Below, in pieces: positions 57,157 through 64,000 of a stretch of 64,000 nt of DNA. The notes beneath the pieces are model-generated. The model was not told where the DNA came from and did not search any database. It saw only the letters and a list, made by a program, of their open reading frames with translations. The stretch spans positions 2,010,768-2,074,767 of the forward strand of contig CAVNZM010000003.1 of the NCBI GenBank assembly GCA_963693365.1, in the 5' to 3' direction. Each line of letters starts with the position of its first letter. Positions within the stretch are counted from its first letter, which is position 1. Source of the stretch: Amoebidium appalachense (lineage: Eukaryota; Protista; Ichthyosporea). The position numbers were made by a program, and so were the translations under genes.

Positions 57157-57501
57157 ATGTGTGGGTGAATGGATGGTATGGTGGTGGTGGTGGTGGTTGG
57201 GGGGGAGGGAGGGGGGGGGGGGCTTGTCACTTGCAAGAGCGTTTCTGTCCGTGCACTTGTTTGTGTGCGTGTATGTGTCTGTTTGTTGATTTTTTTTTTT
57301 TCGGGGAGGTGGGGGCTGGGGGGACTGTTCGTTCCCATCTGAAAGAGTATGTCTCCCTCCCCCCCCCCCCCCCTCCGGCCCCAGATCCCCTCCCTGCACA
57401 CACGGGGGGACTGTTCGTTCCCATCTGAAAGAGTATGTCTCCCCCTCCCCCCCCCCCCCCCCTCCGGCCCCAGATCCCCTCCCTGCACACACCTTCATTC
57501 T

Positions 57502-57575
<74 letters not shown>

Positions 57576-58100
57576 GTCTAGGGGCATCGACCCATAAAAT
57601 GGTGCGCTACCCTACTAACATCCCGACACACGCGCACACACACACACACACACAGATGCACAACCTGTCACTCATGGAGGAGGATGAGGTAGAGGTGCCC
57701 TCCGTGCAGACCGTCTACTATGACCACAACGAAGCAAACTACTCCACCATAGAGAGGGTGGGCAAGGGGTACGTGTGTGTGCGCGCGCCCTCTTTGCATC
57801 TGAATACCAGGCACAAGCACGTACACATTCATCCATCACACACGTGTGTGCATGCAAGCGTGGCATGCCCATCCATGTACACCAGTGAGAGGGTGGGCCG
57901 TGGGGTACGTACGTGTGTGTGCTCCCGGTTCATCTGAATCTCATGCACACACACATGCGCGCGCGCACGAGCGCGTGCGAATGTACACAATGCTTAAATT
58001 CGGTGCATGCATACATCATTCATTACACACTATACAAAGACTCGCACACGCCACGGGGGCATGCCACACGAACGTGCATAATCATCAAATACATGCATGC

Positions 58101-58131
<31 letters not shown>

Positions 58132-59576
58132 GAAAAATCGCACGCACACACACGTACACGTCCACGTCCACGCACACGTACACACACACGCAGGTCGTTT
58201 GGTGTGTGCCACCTAGTGGAGCACAAGCGCACGGGCCAGCGTCTGTGCCGCAAGACCATCAACCTGTGCCAGAAGGACATGGATATGACGGATGCACGGG
58301 GGGAGTGCACATTCCTTAACCGTATTGTCAACACACACTGTTTGAAGCTGTTTGATCTGCACATCAACCCAAATATGGAGGTAAGGAGTGCGTACGTGCA
58401 TGCACATTTGCGATGTGATGGTGCATACATGTACGCATTTGCACGTATATACACATACGTGAACACATGCACGTGGCCGTGTACATATGCGAGGGGGCAG
58501 TGCACATTCCTCAGTCGCATAGTCAACACACACTGCTTGAAGCTGTTTGACCTGCACATCAACCCAAATAAGGAGGTGAGGGGATGTGATGCGTGTTTGC
58601 ACGTGAACATTCACACATACACAAATTTGTATATATACACTACATGCATACGTAAACACGGGCCCATGCACATGCAAGGGGTGAGTGCACATTCCTCAAT
58701 CGCATAGTCAACACACACTGTTTGAAGCTGTTTGACCTGCACATCAACCCAAATATGGAAGAAAAAATGGATGCTTGCATGCACATAAACAAGTGCACAT
58801 TTGCATGCGAACATGTACGTTGTCATGGATCGCTTATGCACATTTGCACGCATACATACGCGCCCGTGCGCCTTCCCTTCCCCCACACACACGCATACGC
58901 ACACACTGTTTGAAGCTGTTTGACCTGCACATCAACCCAAATATGGAGGTTGGGGTTGTGATCCTGTGACACGTGCATGCACGTGCACGCACACGTTCAC
59001 ATGCATGCACATATGCACGCGCACACGCCGCTGCACGCAAGCACACAAAGAGAGACATAGATGTGCGCACACATATGCCGATACACGGACATGCACATGT
59101 GTGCACAGGGATGAGTGAGTGCTGGCGTATAAAAAAATCTACACATATACATACATAGGATAACAGGGTACGCGCCAATGCACACACAGAGAGCACATGT
59201 GCACTCACACAAAACAAGAGTTCACGAAACAACCAAGGTCGGTTCTATTGTTCAGGCATAAACACTTACCCTCTTTCATACCGACACGTTTATATTGGTA
59301 CCCTCTTTCCCTGAAATCTATACACGTTTATATTGATACATCGATTGTTGGGTATTGTTCATACATTCACTGAACCCCCCCCCCCCCCCCCCTCCATCCG
59401 TGGTTCAGGCATGGGGACGCGTTTTCGAGTTCTCTTTATATCAATAGCCATGTGTGTTTCTGTGAAAGGAACTGGGTTGTTGGTTGATCGTGTTTCATAG
59501 GTCCCCCTTTCCCCCCCCTCCACACACACCCTCACACACATACACATACATACTCGCGCACACATACACACACACA

Positions 59577-59608
<32 letters not shown>

Positions 59609-59740
59609 TACATCTACATCCACATCCACACCCGGGCGCTAACCCTTCCTCCCTCCTGCACACACACTCACACATACATACGCTGACTCGCACTTTCGCA
59701 AGTATGCACACACCAAGTCACGCAGATACAATTACTTATA

Positions 59741-59829
<89 letters not shown>

Positions 59830-61372
59830 CTGTTCATCTACATGGAGTACTGCCCGTGGTCTCTTGAGTCCCTGAGGCTTGTGCGCGGTGCCAAGGTATG
59901 GCTCTGTGTGTGTATAGTGTCTTTGTGTATGTTTCGGCTTGCAGGTGGTGATGGATTGTGTATGTGTGTGTGGGGGGGGGGGGGGGGGGGATGGTTGTAA
60001 GTGCATGGCTGAATGAAGATTTTTGAAATGTGAATACGTGATCTATTTTTTTAGGCCAGATGTGTTTCATAACGGACGCAACCCCCCCCCCCCCCCCCCC
60101 CCCCCCCAACCCCCCCCAACCCCAACCCCAAACACACATCCTAGCATTCACGCACACGCGCGCGCACACACACACACACTAATGAGAGATGGAGAAATTA
60201 AAGCACGGATCTACTTACACAGCCACAACACACGCAAGTGTGCGCAGTTAGTTGGATCATATGCGCCAACCCCAATCAGTTCTCCCTTCATTCTCTTTAA
60301 TTTTTTTTAAAAATAACAATAACAATAAAAATAAAAAACTTTGTTATACTTGAAATTTTTAGTCTTTTGGGGGGTGGGGGACTGTTGTCGTTCTCATCAC
60401 CATTATCACTTAGGGCCATTTTTGCAGCTATGAATAGAGCTGTATGTCTATTTATAGGGTTGCAGGGCAAACAGTGACCTACTTTTAGCTGCCCCCACAG
60501 GGGGCCGTGAGGGACCGGCTGGACGTGTCTACGGTGCTACATGCGGCATACCAGACACTCAAGGGTCTGGACTATCTGGCCGTACGTGCTCACATGCTCT
60601 CTCTGTCTCTCTCTCCCTCCCTCCCTCCCTTCTTGTCGCTCTCTCTCTCTCTTTCACTCCCTCTCCCTCTCACCACTCAAGCACTCAATCCGATGAGTCG
60701 CTCACATAACGACATTCATACAAGTACGTACACACACACACAAGTCCATACATCCATACATACACATAGGGACAGAGGAGGAGGAGGGGAGATGAAGGGA
60801 GGGAGGGGAAAGCAAACCAGAGTTGGTGGGTGGGGGGGGGGGGGGGGGGGGGGGGGGAAGCACATGCCTGAATGAGCATGTAGATATGTTGCACCTAAGT
60901 ACATGCATGCGCACGTCCATAAGCAAACACATGCAAGTCGCTGGGCTTGAAGCTCCCACACACACACACGCACGCACGCGCGCGCGCATACACACAACCT
61001 TTCTTTTTTTTTTTTTTTTTTATGCAAGTGAACACTCGGGCTTGTCTTCGTTCCCCTCAACACACCATACTGCTTTTTTTAGTTAGTTTAAACGTTTGTC
61101 GCCGTGCCCTCACCATAGTGTCAAAGCTTTTTATGCCACGTAAACAATAGCACAGCCGGGCACACACACCCTTACATCCAAATTCCCCTCTTCCTCTCGG
61201 CCCCCCCCCTCCCCCCTCTGCGCATGCGCGCACACACACACACACACAGAACTTTGGGCGCTACACGCCTGGGGAGACGGATAAGACGCTCCGCATCGTG
61301 CACACAGACATAAAGAGCGACAATCTGCTCATCAGCTTTGACGGTATTTGCCCCCCCCCCCCCCCCCCCCCC

Positions 61373-61442
<70 letters not shown>

Positions 61443-61672
61443 CCCCTATACATACACATATACACACACATCCATACACATACCTACACAATCCATGAGT
61501 TTCTGGTGGCAGCCGATAACACAGCGATTAAATAGGAAAGGGGGGAGGCGCGGGGGGGGGGGGGGGGGGGGGGGATCAATATAAATGAGACCAGGGGCTA
61601 AAAAAAACAAGGGCAGCGGCGATACAATCAAAATAATCTGTTTGGGCCATAGGGGGGTGCGTGGGATGAATG

Positions 61673-61717
<45 letters not shown>

Positions 61718-62564
61718 TTTTCAACCTTTCTTCTTTTTCTTCGCCACTGAAACTCACGTCATCATGCCTCCCTCCTCTCCCCCCCCCCACACACAAACAC
61801 ACACCAAAAACAAAATTGAGGGTGTGCCCTTGCCCAAATCACAACTTCAATGCACACGGGGACACGCACTCTTGTATATATATCCCCTCACCTGCGCCCA
61901 CCCCAATCCCCCCCCCAAGCAACAGCAGCCCCAAAACCCACCCATATTCCCACACGAACACACGCGCGCGCATGCGTACACACACACTTACTCTTCAACC
62001 CTCCCCCCCCCCCCCCTCTCACGTGCACACGTACACACGCACACACACGCAGGGACGGTGAAGATAGCAGACTTTGGGATCAGTGTACTCCTCAAGGGGG
62101 ATGAAAAAATCACAGATGAGATCGAGAGGGGCAGTGAGGCATACATGGCTCCAGAAGTCAAAAAGTCCCTGCCCTACTGGGAACCCGTACGTGAAAATAT
62201 GCTTCCCCCCTCCCTCCCCCCCCCCCCCCCCACGCACACACACCGTCACCTTGTCTCTCTCTGTCTTTCATCCGTATGTTATAATATTCCCCTCCCCCCA
62301 TCCACCCACCCACCCTCTCTTTCTCGTCCTCTTCGTGTGTCCCTCTGTCCCACTTTCCCACTCCTCCAACCCCCCTCTGCCCTCCCCCCCCCCCCCCCCC
62401 CCCTCTCTCTCTCTCTCTCATACACTCCTTCTCGATTTCTCTCTTCTTCACTCCCTCCTCCACACACACACACTCTTGCTCTCTTGCTCTCTTCTGTCCA
62501 CTGTCCAAGCCCCATAACCCCCCCCCCCCCCAACCCAACCCAACCCCACCTATCCACCGCTCTA

Positions 62565-62635
<71 letters not shown>

Positions 62636-63017
62636 CTCCCTCTCTCTCGATCTATGTGTATGGGTGGGTCAGACTATATCTGTGCCATCTTCTGCTTGTT
62701 GGTGGGTTGATAGCTTGATCGGTAGGTGTGGGCGTAGGTAGATAGCCCCCCCTCCCCCCCCCCCCCACCCCCTCCCCCCCCCCCCCCCCCCCCCCCACCA
62801 CCACCACCACGACGACGACCAAAAAAAAGGGGGTGGAGGGGGGGGGGGGGGGGGGGATAAAGAAAAGAAAGATAAAATGGTTGAACAAAAAAAGGAAATT
62901 GCATGACCTGGATAGGTCTGTACTCTCTGCTCCTTCTTTTTTTTCTTCTTTTTTTTCTTTTTCCCCCTCCCCCTCAATGTTGTGGGTCGAGGAAAAGCCT
63001 GTATGCAAGGTCTCACA

Positions 63018-63071
<54 letters not shown>

Positions 63072-63175
63072 CGGACATGTACTCCTTGGGTGCGTCCATC
63101 TACGAGATGATCACCGGCCATCTGCCCACTGGCCGTGCAAAACCTACTTTCTGGGGTGTGCACTCCCCCTTCCCG

Positions 63176-63216
<41 letters not shown>

Positions 63217-63228
63217 AATACACACATT

Positions 63229-63259
<31 letters not shown>

Positions 63260-63435
63260 GCGCGCATCCCTCTCCCTTTCAACTCGGTGTCATCTTCCTT
63301 CTCTCGGCACATTTACACACACATTCACACACGCGCGCACACAAACACAAGCACATACACACCCCGGCACAACACCAACACACAGAACCCGTTCATCCTC
63401 CCCATGAACCTCAGCGCTGTTTCGGCGAGACGCTG
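56096..63435 (+). CDS. Divergent Ser/Thr protein kinase, NIMA/NEK-like, with N-terminal KEN box, TP sites and coiled coil (3'-partial)
   Basis: Exons 56096-56251, (56658-56699 tentative), 56872-57036, 57656-57768, 58194-58380, 59830-59895, 60501-60581, 61250-61343, 62053-62186, 63071-63155, (63386-63435 tentative). Subdomains VGKGSFGVC, LCRKTIN, alphaC E, LFIYMEYC, IVHTDIKSDNLL, VKIADFG, GSEAYMAPE and ADMYSLG..YEMITG. A 5'-UTR intron runs about 55836-56088. The gene continues past the window end. Confidence 0.9.
57318..57492. repeat. Near-perfect tandem duplication of about 86 bp in a kinase intron
   Basis: gggggactgttcgttcccatctgaaagagtatgtctccc..(C)n..tccggccccagatcccctccctgcacacac occurs twice. 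Confidence 0.9.
58486..58952 (+). repeat. Three intronic copies of the 3' half of kinase exon 58194-58380, spaced about 190 bp apart
   Basis: acacactg.ttgaagctgtttga.ctgcacatcaacccaaata.gga recurs, ending at 58575, 58760 and 58948. Copies 1 and 3 retain a GT donor. Confidence 0.92.
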
Positions 63436-63498
63436 GTGCGGGATCAGTCACGCATCTAAATACCACACGGCCACCACCACCACACTATCCCCCCCCCC

Positions 63499-63548
<50 letters not shown>

Positions 63549-63890
63549 ACCCCAGCCCACCCCCCTCCCCACACACACACCTTCTTCCACTTCCACTTCC
63601 CTTTTTATTTTACAACCTGCCGGCTATTTTCATAAATGTTGTTAGACTTTCATAAGAATGGAGGTGTCATGGGGCATGACTGGTGAAAGTACCACAACCG
63701 TTTTATGGTTGTGACTTCACAAATTGGGTGCATACGTGTGCTTCCTTTTCATGCTTCTAATTGCGTGATGTGTGCAAGTATTCGGAGGAGGGGGCGGGGT
63801 AATGGGAGGGAAGGATGCTCGGGGTTCATGGTTGGAGTGTTTGCCTACATTCAGTGCAGTTAGCGGAAGCGTGGGTGTGGATAGGGGGAA

Positions 63891-63929
<39 letters not shown>

Positions 63930-64000
63930 ATTGCTCGCCCTCGACTCTAATTGCTTGAATGCATGTGCATGTGCTTTTATGTGTGTGTGATGAAGTGGTT

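Noticed and set aside
58292-58952. Regularly spaced direct repeats resembling a CRISPR array (also 3316-3594)
   Set aside because: The repeats are coding exon ends with splice donors, the spacers are related to each other, the context is eukaryotic and no cas genes are present.

Overview
Eukaryotic, intron-rich DNA (GT-AG introns, CTAAC/CTGAC branch points, TATA/CCAAT promoters). Introns and intergenic spacers are filled with poly-C/poly-G runs and (CA)n/(TG)n/(GA)n repeats, so most ORFs in the supplied track are low-complexity artefacts. A unicellular eukaryote such as an ichthyosporean is a guess only. Manual splicing recovers seven well-supported genes: (1) the 3' part of a single-pass membrane protein with at least three tandem GH114 (Ega3-like) domains, two lacking catalytic residues (571-11987); (2,3) two convergent, intron-free paralogues sharing an unrecognised D-x-F-D-x-W-G-x-L-x-D-K-V-x-x-W-K-E-x-D motif (19448-23003); (4) a secreted protein that looks like a bacterial uncharacterised family (28773-29954); (5) an Agd3/CE18-like polysaccharide deacetylase with an extra C-terminal domain (35360-39578); (6) an 8-TM UPF0658-like protein (46665-53865); (7) a divergent NIMA/NEK-like kinase that runs off the window (from 56096). 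It also holds a decayed LINE (about 17.1-18.5 kb) and two weaker minus-strand gene models. The most notable observations are the possible galactosaminogalactan/Pel-type glycan system (GH114 plus Agd3) and intronic copies of exon 3' ends plus donor sites that differ mostly at synonymous positions. All family calls come from remembered motifs; no database search was run.
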